Positions 1-9,498 of a stretch of 64,000 nt of DNA are shown one piece after another. The notes below the pieces were generated by a model that was not told where the DNA came from, did not search any database, and was given only the letters and a program-made list of their open reading frames with translations. This stretch comes from Patescibacteria group bacterium (GTDB lineage Bacteria; Patescibacteriota; Minisyncoccia; Moranbacterales; DUUL01), in contig JAYEFY010000020.1 of NCBI GenBank assembly GCA_034658815.1, forward strand, positions 11,966 through 75,965, read 5' to 3'. Position numbers and translations under genes: made by a program. The stretch's first letter is position 1, and each line of letters begins with the position of its first letter.

Positions 1-1155
1 TCCCCTTCTCCGCCTTTCATCCGAATTAATGGCAATAGATTTCATTGTTCTTGCCAGATCGTCAACATTTCCCTGTTCAAATATAAAACCGCGAGAGCCG
101 TTTCCAACCATTTCTTTCGCGCCGCCTTTATCTGAACAAAGCACAGCCTTGCCAAGACTCATTGCTTCGAGCACGCTATACGGGGCATTTTCATAACATT
201 TTGAAGGACTGACAACGCACAGCGCGTTTTTCTGTAAACTAATGATCTGTTCATTCGACGATCCTCTGAATGAGATGAAACGCATTTTTTCGATTACGCT
301 CTCATTTCGCGCCAGCTTTTCCATGGATTTTCGCAACGGTCCATCACCGAGAACAAGTAATTTTTCTTTTACGCCGCACCTCGCGTAAGCTTTGATAAGA
401 TCATCGATCCCTTTCTCTTGTGTCAGTTGCCCGTAGAATAAAAAATATTTTCCCTTATCGTCTATTTCGGCTGATTCGTCCGGCTTTGAAATATTCAGCA
501 ACGGATTCGGCAACAGATGAATTTTTCTTTTAAATCCGAATTCTTTCGCCTTGTGGGCATAAAAAATGCTTGGCGCGGTGAAAACATCCACTTTATCGTA
601 CGTTCCCAAAAATTGATGCAAGTACGCTTCTACCATGCAAACAAAACTTTTCCAATATGAATCTTTTACACATTTGTCAATAACGCATTCATAATATCGG
701 TGATGCCTGCAGCGATCATATACTTTTCCCCGGCAATAAAGATCATAATTAGGAGAAACGATCTTGAAGTCATGAAGCGTCATTATGATCGGAATGTTAT
801 GGCGTTTCAGTTCATCAATGACCGATGGACTTAAATGATGATAAATATTGTGCAGATGGGCAATGTCAGGCTTAAATTCAGCCAGCAACGCGCGTAATTT
901 TTTTCTGGTTTCGAAGTTATACCAAATCCGGAAAACAACGCATATCTTTTTGAAAAATGAATATCTTGAGGAATCGCTCAGGTCATTGTATTTTACAAAG
1001 AAACGCTCCCACGGAGAAAAAATATTGTCTTTGCCAATCGTCGAAAAATGAGCAACCTCATGTCCGTTTCGCTCAAGAACTGAGATCGCGTCAAAATAAG
1101 CGCGGGTTGCGCCTCCTTTTAAAAAATGATTATTGTTGATCATCAACACTTTCAT
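1..1155 (-). CDS. Glycosyltransferase family 4 (GT1-fold), partial; C-terminus runs off the left edge of the window
   Basis: Reverse-strand translation starts at the ATG whose reverse complement is CAT at 1153-1155 (MKVLMINNNHFLKGGA...). It carries the retaining-GT signature ...APYSVLEAMSLGKAVLCSDKGGAKEMVGNGSRGFIFEQGNVDDLA... (E-x7-E motif region). It is absent from the ORF track only because the stop lies beyond position 1. Confidence 0.75.
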   Translation of the reverse strand, partial: MKVLMINNNHFLKGGATRAYFDAISVLERNGHEVAHFSTIGKDNIFSPWERFFVKYNDLSDSSRYSFFKKICVVFRIWYNFETRKKLRALLAEFKPDIAHLHNIYHHLSPSVIDELKRHNIPIIMTLHDFKIVSPNYDLYCRGKVYDRCRHHRYYECVIDKCVKDSYWKSFVCMVEAYLHQFLGTYDKVDVFTAPSIFYAHKAKEFGFKRKIHLLPNPLLNISKPDESAEIDDKGKYFLFYGQLTQEKGIDDLIKAYARCGVKEKLLVLGDGPLRKSMEKLARNESVIEKMRFISFRGSSNEQIISLQKNALCVVSPSKCYENAPYSVLEAMSLGKAVLCSDKGGAKEMVGNGSRGFIFEQGNVDDLARTMKSIAINSDERRRRG

Positions 1156-1260
1156 TGAAGCATTCGGGAACAGTCCCGCTTGATAAAAAGTAAAATATGG
1201 TATATTATTACTTGTCGATTCAAAACAGTGAATTCTAAACTGTATCGAAATTCTTTCATT

Positions 1261-2598
1261 ATGTCAATAGAAAAACAGCACATAAACGCATATGTTCTGA
1301 TCGGGGTGGTTGTGATCGCCGCTTTTGTTATTCCGTTTATTGATCTGCCGCCGCTCTTGATGACCGCGGCGCTGGTTATTCTTTTCACGGCAATTGTTTT
1401 TTCCGTTAGTCCGTTAATGGGCCTTTTATTATTACTTATCATTCGTCCGATATTGGACTACTTCACAAACGATGCCTTACTGGAGATTGGTTCGATAACG
1501 GTGAACGTCGCCGTTTTACTCAGCATAGTCGTATTAATAGCCGGGGGATCTCTGCTTCTTAAGAATTGGAAACGAATCAGATCAATTCCTTTGATCTGGC
1601 AATGGAGCGTTTTTCTGTTTTTTGTTTGTTTATCGCTGTTTAATTCAGTCAACTTGAGCGTGAGCATCTCTGAGATAGCCAGAATTCTTACTATCGTGTC
1701 ATTGTTTTTTCTTGGATATTTTATTATCAATTCGACAACAAGATTGCAGTTGCTCGTCAATGTACTTTTAATATCCGCGATTATCCCCGTGCTAGCCGCA
1801 TTCGCGCAATTCTCAAACAATTCCGGATTAAGCCTTTCTTTTGAAGATGTTTCAAATAGACTTTTTGGAACTTTTTCGCATCCCAATCTTTTTGCTTTTT
1901 ACCTTGTATTCATTCTTGGATTGCTTTTATATAAATTTCTGCGAAAGAAAAAAAACGATCAGAAATTGTTTTGGCTGATCGGTATTGGAACTCTTTTATT
2001 TCTATTGATACAAACTTATACACGCGGCGCGTGGATCGCGTTTGTAATAATTGTACTTATCGCCGGTACATTCCAATACAGAAAAATGCTGGTGTTAAGT
2101 ATTGGAATATTCGTAGCTCTTTACGCTTTATTCAGTCCGATACAGGAACGTATCAATTCATCGCTTTCCAGCGATCAGTCAAGTTCTGTTCAATGGCGTT
2201 ATATAATGTGGCAAGACAGCATTGAATACGCAAAAGAAAGGCCTATTCTTGGTTTTGGCGCCGGAACAACTGAGATGGTCATTAAGTCAAAGCGTGGAAA
2301 AGAATTTGAATCCAACGCGGCGCACAACGATCTTATAAAGATCGCTCTTGAATACGGCATCGGCGGATTGGCATCGTTTGTTGTTCTTCTCGGATCGCTT
2401 TTGGCTTATAGCGTAAATATTTTCCGCCGCTTAAATAAAGCAAGTACGAGTAGAACACTCGTACTTGCTTTCTTGGCAATATCCGCTTCTCTCATTGTCT
2501 CAAGTTTGTTTGATAACATTATTGATACAACGGCTCTGCAATGGATCTGGTGGACTTTAGCCGGAAGCATTTTTAGTGTATTTCCGCCAAAAAAATAA
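1261..2598 (+). CDS. O-antigen ligase / Wzy_C-family polysaccharide polymerase-ligase (multi-pass membrane protein)
   Basis: 472-aa ORF 1180-2598. Internal Met at 1261 (MSIEKQHINAYVLIG...) is chosen as the start because the upstream stretch overlaps promoter-like sequence. About 10 TM segments, with the Wzy_C-type loop TYTRGAWIAF and the AHNDLIKIALEYGIGGL motif typical of the O-antigen ligase family. Confidence 0.6.
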   Translation: MSIEKQHINAYVLIGVVVIAAFVIPFIDLPPLLMTAALVILFTAIVFSVSPLMGLLLLLIIRPILDYFTNDALLEIGSITVNVAVLLSIVVLIAGGSLLLKNWKRIRSIPLIWQWSVFLFFVCLSLFNSVNLSVSISEIARILTIVSLFFLGYFIINSTTRLQLLVNVLLISAIIPVLAAFAQFSNNSGLSLSFEDVSNRLFGTFSHPNLFAFYLVFILGLLLYKFLRKKKNDQKLFWLIGIGTLLFLLIQTYTRGAWIAFVIIVLIAGTFQYRKMLVLSIGIFVALYALFSPIQERINSSLSSDQSSSVQWRYIMWQDSIEYAKERPILGFGAGTTEMVIKSKRGKEFESNAAHNDLIKIALEYGIGGLASFVVLLGSLLAYSVNIFRRLNKASTSRTLVLAFLAISASLIVSSLFDNIIDTTALQWIWWTLAGSIFSVFPPKK

Positions 2599-2616
2599 CT
2601 TTTTTTTTTATCCGAT

Positions 2617-3675
2617 TCAACGCGTTTGAATAATATTTCGAATATGTTTCGCTTTCTTTTTTGTTTTCAATAGTAATGACCACCATTTCATGACCAATCC
2701 GGATCTTGAATAATAGACATTGTATTGTGTAACGCGGCCATCGGCAAATTGCCGTTTGAGATCATTGTCACCAACAGAAAAATCCAATAATCGAACATTG
2801 TTATCTTGGAAATATTCCAGACAATAATAAAGCAGCATTTTACCGGGTCCAAGATGGCGAAACGCGTTATCGAACGCGATATGAACGGACAAAAACACAT
2901 CGTGACAGAAATAACCGAACCTATGGGCGATTGGAGCTCCGTCATAGTACAAAAAGGCTATGCCAACCATTTCAGGCGCGTTTTGTATGATCGATCTGTA
3001 TAAATTCCGAATATCCCGCCTGCTGAAAATAGATATCTTCTTATTTCTTTTATGGCTTTCGTTTTCAATCTTGATCATTGTCCGCAGATGATTTTCGAGA
3101 TCATCTCTATACATTGTAAAAGACAACTTGTCTGAATTTTTTCTCAATCTTTGCTTTAGCGAATTACGCTGTTTCTTCGAAACCTTTCGCAGAATATCAT
3201 CCTCCGGAATTACCATTCTAGGACAATAAGTGGAGAATTCAATTAAGGGCTTTTGCTTTAGTTCTCTGAACAGCTGTATATATTTTTCTTCTATTTCAGC
3301 CAGATAGAGATTATGTCCTGATCCGATCTCATTAAGAATGTCTTGCGCAAGAGTAGTATCATTTGTTCTAAAAAGTAATGCCGAGCGATCAAGAAATTTA
3401 TATTTACTGGAAATGTTGGCAAGAACTTTTACGCCAAATTTTCTCGTCCGTATAAATGGAAGCACCGCGAAAAGCTCGCTTTTTTTGTAACAGAAAAAAA
3501 CTTGGTAGTGATCTACCTTATATGCCTGAATGTAGGACAAGAACCATTTAGGAGAATTGAAAAAATGGGAATCTGGAACAGAATGCCAAAGCGACTCCCA
3601 TTGGCTAATATGCTCTTTGCTCAAATAAGATATCTTTTTGATTGTATACACAAAATTATTGAAAAGAATTAACAT
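2617..3675 (-). CDS. FemAB/CelD-like GNAT-fold acyltransferase (Acetyltransf_6-like)
   Basis: 352 aa. The C-terminal half has a GNAT-like core (...GIAFLYYDGAPIAHRFGYF...LLDFSVGDNDLKRQFA). Its position in a polysaccharide gene cluster is consistent with a glycan-modifying acyl/aminoacyl transferase. Confidence 0.5.
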   Translation of the reverse strand: MLILFNNFVYTIKKISYLSKEHISQWESLWHSVPDSHFFNSPKWFLSYIQAYKVDHYQVFFCYKKSELFAVLPFIRTRKFGVKVLANISSKYKFLDRSALLFRTNDTTLAQDILNEIGSGHNLYLAEIEEKYIQLFRELKQKPLIEFSTYCPRMVIPEDDILRKVSKKQRNSLKQRLRKNSDKLSFTMYRDDLENHLRTMIKIENESHKRNKKISIFSRRDIRNLYRSIIQNAPEMVGIAFLYYDGAPIAHRFGYFCHDVFLSVHIAFDNAFRHLGPGKMLLYYCLEYFQDNNVRLLDFSVGDNDLKRQFADGRVTQYNVYYSRSGLVMKWWSLLLKTKKKAKHIRNIIQTR

Positions 3676-3743
3676 ATGTTTATATCATGAATGATCCTCA
3701 ACGTCAAACAAGCGCACTTAAATTCTAATTTTGTACTCGTTAT

Positions 3744-3974
3744 GTGCAGGGGCAGGTCTGCCCGCCCTGCCCGCCGAATTGGAGGGTGACCTCGTTCATT
3801 GTCATCCTGATCCCGCTTTAGCGGGAGAAGGATCCCTTTGCGCTGAAATGTTCCCTGTCTTTGAATTGCATCCTATTCTACGCAAAGCGATTCCTGCCTG
3901 CCGCCTGCCTGCCCTGCCTGCCGGCAGGCAGGCGGCAGGCAGGGCAGGCAGGCTTCAATCCCGAGTACTCGGGA
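3744..3974. repeat. Composite GC-rich intergenic repeat: (CCTGCC)n/(GGCAGG)n palindromic boxes (3746-3775, 3893-3953), TCCCGCTTTAGCGGGA hairpin (3811-3826) and the TCCCGAGTACTCGGGA perfect palindrome (3959-3974)
   Basis: Directly visible low-complexity GC-rich palindromic arrays in a 630-bp non-coding gap of an AT-rich genome. Related boxes recur at 19401-19462, 31250-31292, 32405-32452, 46686-46756, 48425-48451 and 57384-57410. Confidence 0.8.
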
Positions 3975-4052
3975 CTCAGAATGACAAAAAACAAATGAAC
4001 TGATACGCCCTCCAATACGGTGGACAGGCAAGAACGGACCGGCGCTAAAAAT

Positions 4053-4090
4053 AAAAGGGCAGTGTCTGTTATGACCACTGCCCTTTTTGA
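4053..4090. terminator. Rho-independent terminator-like hairpin (bidirectional)
   Basis: AAGGGCAGTG-(10 nt)-CACTGCCCTT stem followed by TTTTT. The stem is A-flanked on the other strand. Confidence 0.5.
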
Positions 4091-4306
4091 ACTATCATGC
4101 ATGATAGAAAAGTGCTTAAGTTTTTTACTCGGCTGTTTTCGAAACATGCTGTTTGACTTCCAACAAGACGAAGCTGTGGAGATTTTTCTCCGTAAACTTG
4201 CTATTTTACTTCTGGCAAGAAGAAGCTGGGAGATTTCTCTCCACTAATTCAAAACTTTGTTAAAGAACTTATCTCAACAGCTAGTTCGTTTTCTATTTCT
4301 TTACCG

Positions 4307-5536
4307 CTAGCTGGAAATAAAAGTTTTCTTTTGGCATTCCTTCAACTGCTTTTGGGCAGTTTCAAGTTCAACCTTAAGCTGTTTGATCTGAGCTTTGAGC
4401 TCGGCTTTTTCCTTTTCAAGCCGATCAAACCCGGTTTCGATCTTTTGACCCAGATTATTGAATGCCGCCATTTGCTGCTTGAACATTTCCTTGAGATCGG
4501 CATGCTCAGTAGACAGCAGTTCCTGCTTCGCTTTAAGAATATTAAAGCTGTTCTTGAGTTCTGCGTGTTCGCCCCGCTCAGTCTTTAAGTCACGCTTCAA
4601 ATGAGCTTCTTCATTGACAAAAGTATGGATCGTGTGTTCTGCTCCTTCAAGCTCATTGGTCCTCTCTGCCAATTGCTTTTTCAGATCTTCAATCTGTATC
4701 AGCGAAGCATCAATATTCTGTTTATCCTGCAACGCTTTAGCTACCATTGTGGCGTTTTCACCATTCTCCGGATCAACAGTTTTCTCCGCCAATTGTATAA
4801 ACAGTTCTTGGGCCTTATTGGCAGCCGCGGATTTTTCCGCAATCTGCTTCTTTAGATCAGAATTTGTTTCTTCCAGTTCTCTAATCCGGTTATCTTTAAG
4901 AGAAATCGCCTCTGTTTTCTTTGCAAGAAACCGGCGGGTTTTTTTCAGTTCTCCGCGAAGAGCTATTGTCTCCTTGCCGGCATTCTTAAGAGCTTTCCGG
5001 AGATTATTTACCTCCTGCTGGCTTAAATTATTCGGCTTTCTCTGGTTCTCTTTCGCTTTCTCAAGGCTGAATTTGTACTCGTCCTTGAGATAAATATGCC
5101 GGACAAACACTTTATGTCCGATACCAAGCCTTTTGGCCTCTTCAAAAGTTAGATAATTATCCGCAAGCACTGACTTGGTAAAATCTCGCTTGCAGACCTG
5201 CAAAACAAAATCATAAATGGTCTTGGTTCCGCAGTATCGCGAACCTAACCGAAACCATTCTCCCTCCATAGGCATAGCTATAACGACTTGCCTGCTTGAC
5301 AATGCCGCCTTCGCAGAAGCCGGTACAGTTTTGATTGCCTTTATTGGAACAGCCTCTGCAACAGGTTTTCTGTTAAGATCGGCAACTTTTACGGTTCCGG
5401 CAAAAAGATCCTTGCCATTATTTTGTCCGGCAATTTCGATCTTTTCCAGCCTTTTCGCGTCAATCGCATGCGCGATTGACGTTGTCATGGTCATGCAGAA
5501 AAACATAGCCCCAACAATAACTGCTACTTTTTTCAT
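4307..5536 (-). CDS. Secreted protein with signal peptide and long C-terminal coiled coil; function unknown
   Basis: 409 aa. N-terminal signal MKKVAVIVGAMFFCMTMTTSIAHA, followed by about 250 aa of heptad-rich K/E/L/Q sequence. Confidence 0.55.
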   Translation of the reverse strand: MKKVAVIVGAMFFCMTMTTSIAHAIDAKRLEKIEIAGQNNGKDLFAGTVKVADLNRKPVAEAVPIKAIKTVPASAKAALSSRQVVIAMPMEGEWFRLGSRYCGTKTIYDFVLQVCKRDFTKSVLADNYLTFEEAKRLGIGHKVFVRHIYLKDEYKFSLEKAKENQRKPNNLSQQEVNNLRKALKNAGKETIALRGELKKTRRFLAKKTEAISLKDNRIRELEETNSDLKKQIAEKSAAANKAQELFIQLAEKTVDPENGENATMVAKALQDKQNIDASLIQIEDLKKQLAERTNELEGAEHTIHTFVNEEAHLKRDLKTERGEHAELKNSFNILKAKQELLSTEHADLKEMFKQQMAAFNNLGQKIETGFDRLEKEKAELKAQIKQLKVELETAQKQLKECQKKTFISS

Positions 5537-5550
5537 GGCTTGATCCTCCT

Positions 5551-6819
5551 CTATTCATTTACTTTCAAAATCTGTATCTCTGTGATTCCGGCTTTTTGAA
5601 CATGTAGCCGTACATTATTGTAGTATGTCTCACGCTTGGTTTCAGCAACTTGCTGTGCCATGGCGTACCAAATTGATGCCAGATAGCCGTGCGTTTCCTT
5701 GGCTCTCTCACCAATTAAGCCGTTCCTCAATGCCTGGGCAAAATTATCCCGCGCGTTAACCAAGGATTGATCTCTTTCCTGTCTATCCTTAGTTTTAGTG
5801 TAAAGGATAAGCCAATCCATTCCATGATCATAACGCAAGTTAGCGTTATTCTGGCATGTATCGGGACATCGCAGAAAGCGCGTGCTTCTTTGCTTAATCT
5901 GCTCGCGTAAAGCTGTCAGATCTTCGTCAACCGGCTGTTCTAACTTTTTTGCCGCGTCATCAAACGCTTTCTGTGGAAGCATCCCCAGAATAAATTTCTG
6001 CGAATCCTTCACGTCAATGGCTGCTACTCGTAAATACGGCAACGTTTTTGTCTGATTGGACCCTTTGTTAATAGCCGCTCCGGGACTTACGTTTATCGCG
6101 CCGGTCCAGCTGTTGGTAAATACTTGTCCAAAAGCAGTGAGCAAACTTAATGCTCCGGCGTTAGTGTCAAACACGCGCCTTGCGCCCCAGCCGGTTACAA
6201 TAATAGCATCGGCGCCTCTATCCATTGCCCACTCGACAACTACCACAGCCAGATCATCCCGATAAACGATCTCATCTTCTGAGTTGAATATAAGGCGACC
6301 GATCATCTTGTATTCACGGCCTTTCTTGGCGATGTAATCACCGGTTTCCGGATCTTTAGTATTGGGATACCCCGGAAAAACTTTGAGTGCATTCGTCGGC
6401 TTAAGCCCGTTAACAAACATTATCGGGCGTTTGTTCATCTTGCGAGCCAACTTTCTATTTTTCCAATATCCCAGTGTCTCCTTATTGGTTGCGTAATATG
6501 CGGCAATGTTTTCCCGAGTGATTGTTTCCGGCATTGAACCAAAGATCTCGTCGGGAGTGGCCTCGTTATATTGTTGTATAGCGAGCTTCCAATATAACGG
6601 TATATCCGGAAGACCGGGAGACATGCCGCTGGCATGGAGCCAACTGCCAACAGATACATTGTCCTTTATGACAGAGTGGTTGCTGTTATCCCACCATAGG
6701 GACTGTTCATTTTCAGTTTCAACTTCAACCGAAACATCCGAGTCAGCATAAGAAACGCCAAAACTCAGGCATACAATCATAAAGAACATCGTCAAAACTC
6801 TAACCTTTTTCGTCTTCAT
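5551..6819 (-). CDS. Secreted hypothetical protein (signal peptide; about 420 aa)
   Basis: ORF 5551-6864. Start moved to the Met at 6819 (MKTKKVRVLTMFFMIVCLSFGVSYA) because it has an AGGAG RBS 8 nt upstream and a signal peptide. No family recognised with confidence. Confidence 0.5.
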   Translation of the reverse strand: MKTKKVRVLTMFFMIVCLSFGVSYADSDVSVEVETENEQSLWWDNSNHSVIKDNVSVGSWLHASGMSPGLPDIPLYWKLAIQQYNEATPDEIFGSMPETITRENIAAYYATNKETLGYWKNRKLARKMNKRPIMFVNGLKPTNALKVFPGYPNTKDPETGDYIAKKGREYKMIGRLIFNSEDEIVYRDDLAVVVVEWAMDRGADAIIVTGWGARRVFDTNAGALSLLTAFGQVFTNSWTGAINVSPGAAINKGSNQTKTLPYLRVAAIDVKDSQKFILGMLPQKAFDDAAKKLEQPVDEDLTALREQIKQRSTRFLRCPDTCQNNANLRYDHGMDWLILYTKTKDRQERDQSLVNARDNFAQALRNGLIGERAKETHGYLASIWYAMAQQVAETKRETYYNNVRLHVQKAGITEIQILKVNE

Positions 6820-6908
6820 TTTAATCTCCTTTTCCTTTTCAGGATGAAAAAGTTTGCACAACACAATACGCCTATCATTTCTTGTCCGTCACCTCCATTC
6901 CATTCAAT

Positions 6909-7442
6909 TCATTTTCTTATACAGACCAATTCCAAAGTTTCTATCTCATATAGATCCTCTTTGATGCCAATAACGATCTTTGCCTTTACTTTTTTTACGT
7001 TTTTTGATAAAGGCACTTGAAAATAAAAAGTTGAATTTGGCGTGTTACCGCCACTGAATTCAACAGACTTAACATTGCTATCCATTACTAGTGTCTGCGT
7101 TAAGACAAGATTTTTACCTGTCGGGTTGTAAATATCCACTTTGAAGTAAATGTGGATGTCCTCTTTTGAAAGTTTGTATTCTTGCGCCGGATCAATATAC
7201 GCCAGCTCAAGCTCGCTTTCTTTTCCCGATAGTTTCAGCACTCCGTATTCAACGACCAGTCCGAAAAGTGTATTTTCTCGATACACGATCACTCTTCCGG
7301 GAAGCGTTGTAGCCGCCTTGATCTCAACCCCCTGCGATTCAAGATTTTGTTGAAGAATAGATTTTCTCGTTGTTGCGCATCCCGAAAGAATTGCTAAAGA
7401 AAAAACCAGTGCAACTGTAACCTTAACAGTATTCCCGTTCAT
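6909..7442 (-). CDS. Lipoprotein, function unknown
   Basis: 177 aa. Signal plus lipobox (...LAILSGC). GGGAGGA RBS upstream. Promoter-like TTGACA-17-TAATAC lies upstream, preceded by the GTTTGGGAACAGTCCC motif. Confidence 0.55.
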   Translation of the reverse strand: MNGNTVKVTVALVFSLAILSGCATTRKSILQQNLESQGVEIKAATTLPGRVIVYRENTLFGLVVEYGVLKLSGKESELELAYIDPAQEYKLSKEDIHIYFKVDIYNPTGKNLVLTQTLVMDSNVKSVEFSGGNTPNSTFYFQVPLSKNVKKVKAKIVIGIKEDLYEIETLELVCIRK

Positions 7443-7777
7443 AACCGTTCCTCCCTCTCTTTATGTAAGTTTTGCAAGACCCATGTATTACAGAGCAAAA
7501 GCGATTCGTAAATTGTCAAGCTACTGTTTGGGAACAGTCCCTTGAATACCTCCAACCAACGTTCATCAATATTTGATAAACGTTTGTTGGGATATTCTTA
7601 TTGGATAAATGAATCCATCAATATTTAATAAAAATTCTTAACCCGTAACTGTAGCGTATTATTATATTTATGTCAACAGCTATTTTCAAATAGAATGAGA
7701 GCCCGAAAACAAATTTTTGCCTTCAGGCTCTCTCTGCTTTGTATTTACTTGAACTCAGCTACTACAGCCATGTTAAG

Positions 7778-8434
7778 CTAACCATCGCCTTTGAGTTCAA
7801 CATAACCTCTCTGTCCGGAGTAGGATGAAGTAAATCCGGTTCCTCCCGGCAGGTCCAATTCTTGGAAATGTCCCGTTTCGGTAATCACTTCAGAAGTGTA
7901 CTCTGCGGTTCCGCCGTGAACGCAAAGACTGGCATCCATTTCCAAAGAGCCGGAATTCTCCGAGCCCGTGATAATGTCATTACCGCAGGGCGGATAATCA
8001 GCGTAAACTACCGTTTTTGAGCTGAACTCATTGTCGCCGGAGATCCAGGCATCTGCGTCGTTTCCGGAAATATCTATATTCGCGTTCTGCGCCGCCTGAT
8101 GACGGTTAAACACCTCGCCGCCGGGAATAGTGTTTGTCAAGTCCATTCCTTCAGCCTGCATGGTTGTCGAGGAATACTCCCCATAACCGCCGCTACCGGT
8201 GATGGCACCCCAGTTATTGACGTGCTGGCCGCCGCTGTTCTCGAAAACACCGCCGCTGGTCAGCTCACCTTTGGCAAAGTCTTGCCATTGATGCTGGTCA
8301 TTCCCTCCGCCAACCCAGATATCTTCACAACTGGGATCAGGTGGAGGTGGATCATCACAACCTATAACAATTGGCGCAATTGGCGCTATTGCCATAAAAG
8401 CAAAAATCATTACAAATACAACAAATTTTTTCAT
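7778..8434 (-). CDS. Gly/Ser/Asp-rich lipoprotein, function unknown
   Basis: ORF 7778-8575. Start taken at the internal Met at 8434 (MKKFVVFVMIFAFMAIAPIAPIVIGC), which gives a signal peptide with a lipobox Cys. The upstream 47 codons have no RBS and overlap promoter-like sequence. Confidence 0.5.
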   Translation of the reverse strand: MKKFVVFVMIFAFMAIAPIAPIVIGCDDPPPPDPSCEDIWVGGGNDQHQWQDFAKGELTSGGVFENSGGQHVNNWGAITGSGGYGEYSSTTMQAEGMDLTNTIPGGEVFNRHQAAQNANIDISGNDADAWISGDNEFSSKTVVYADYPPCGNDIITGSENSGSLEMDASLCVHGGTAEYTSEVITETGHFQELDLPGGTGFTSSYSGQRGYVELKGDG

Positions 8435-8630
8435 GATTTGTTTCTCCCTTTCTTTAGGTTCACAAAAAAACAACAGCCATAACAATTTGCGCGTTCGCGA
8501 CGCTTGAAAATCACCTCCTTTCAGCGAACAAAAGACCTTAAAGAACTGAATATATATTTTGATACCATATACCAAAAATACCGGGGAGTCAAGAACAAAT
8601 AATAATTTATTCTCAGTGCAAAATACTTAG

Positions 8631-8729
8631 AACTTGTTTGAAAACCCTCTTCCGTCGCGATCTTGCCTCGACGGGGCAGCTAAAATTTGGAAATTGCGGC
8701 AAGATATAGGGTTTTCAAACAGGCTCTAA
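8631..8729. repeat. ~100-bp intergenic element bounded by terminal inverted repeats (TTGTTTGAAAACCC ... GGGTTTTCAAACAGG), copy 1
   Basis: Near-identical ends and shared internal blocks (CCCTCTTCCGTyGCrATC, AAAAT, AAATTGCGGCAAGATAT) with the copy at 12632-12756. Diverged copies at 13625-13699 and 19574-19640. Confidence 0.75.
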
Positions 8730-8735
8730 GGAATA

Positions 8736-9443
8736 TTAATCATTTTCACCATGTATTGCACTGTGCATAGAATCGACTGGCATTTTGCTATTACTGTTTT
8801 TTTGCTTCTTTTCTAACCTTTCCTCGAAAAATTTTAAATCGTGTTCACTTCCTGGATATAAATTAATATATAAAAGAGAAACGGCCAACCCGAACAATAT
8901 TGCAATAGTAAAATTTAGCCGAATATCCGGCATTGTTTTTGAAACAATGGGAGAGTCAATAACTTTGATCGAAACAAGATCTCCGCTCCCATGGAAAACG
9001 GACTGTTTGGCAATAAGCGTTTGATGTATTCCGTCCGCAATTTTTTTTGCCTGCTCTTTACTTGGATGAGTAACTTTGATTTTAATAATGCCGGTATCAC
9101 CGACTACCTTTGTGTCAACCGTTCTTTGCCATATTTCGACAGTCTTATCTTGACTCGGACTTTTCTTAAAATATTCTCTGTCGATCTCAAATCCCGTATT
9201 TATAACCTCATTGCAAAATGAGTTCATTCTAATTACTTCTGAAAATACCGTACTTAAATATGTACTGGAACGGGACATTGTATAAGGATCAGTGTCATTG
9301 GAAAACTGCTGTACAACAAGTATCTTAGAATACGCGCTGTAGCGCGTTGGATGAATAAAAGTAATGGTTGTCGCGATAAGTAGAAATATAGCAACAATAA
9401 CTCCGATTGTTTGTTTCTTCTGCAATATTTTCGAAAAGTTCAT
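8736..9443 (-). CDS. Wzz/CpsC-like polysaccharide chain-length determinant (two-TM topology)
   Basis: 235 aa. N-terminal TM (IGVIVAIFLLIATTITFI), a soluble domain of about 150 aa, then a C-terminal TM (FTIAILFGLAVSLLYINLY). This topology and size match CpsC/YveK-type proteins. Confidence 0.5.
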   Translation of the reverse strand: MNFSKILQKKQTIGVIVAIFLLIATTITFIHPTRYSAYSKILVVQQFSNDTDPYTMSRSSTYLSTVFSEVIRMNSFCNEVINTGFEIDREYFKKSPSQDKTVEIWQRTVDTKVVGDTGIIKIKVTHPSKEQAKKIADGIHQTLIAKQSVFHGSGDLVSIKVIDSPIVSKTMPDIRLNFTIAILFGLAVSLLYINLYPGSEHDLKFFEERLEKKQKNSNSKMPVDSMHSAIHGEND

Positions 9444-9498
9444 TGAATATAATTAGCAATTTATGGGACTATTGTCAAGCCAGCTTGGCAATAGTCCC

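Noticed and set aside
1180-1260. N-terminal 27 codons of ORF 1180-2598
   Set aside because: They overlap the divergent promoter-like region (TTGATA...TATATT). The Met at 1261 precedes the first TM segment, so the shorter start is preferred.
1152-1442. ORF 1152-1442 (-), 96 aa
   Set aside because: It is antisense to the N-terminal region of the O-antigen-ligase gene and to the promoter region, and has no RBS.
3744-3974. Possible CRISPR array made of CTGCC-type repeats
   Set aside because: There are no regularly spaced identical repeats separated by unique spacers. The units are 5-6 bp and contiguous or palindromic, and copies are scattered singly across the window.
3731-4247. ORFs 3731-4003 (+), 3878-4147 (-) and 4020-4247 (+)
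   Set aside because: Their reading frames are built from the low-complexity CCTGCC/GGCAGG repeat arrays (LPALPAGRQAAGRAGR...). They have no RBS and overlap mutually. They are treated as artefacts of the GC-rich repeats.
5551-6864. Assigning the 420-aa secreted protein to the Tiki/TraB/erythromycin-esterase superfamily
   Set aside because: It is only a vague resemblance around ...DAIIVTGWGARRVF.... The diagnostic metal-binding motifs could not be identified by eye.
7778-8575. Full-length 265-aa version of ORF 7778-8575
   Set aside because: The first 47 codons have no RBS and a non-signal-like composition. The internal MKKF... start gives a clean lipoprotein signal peptide.
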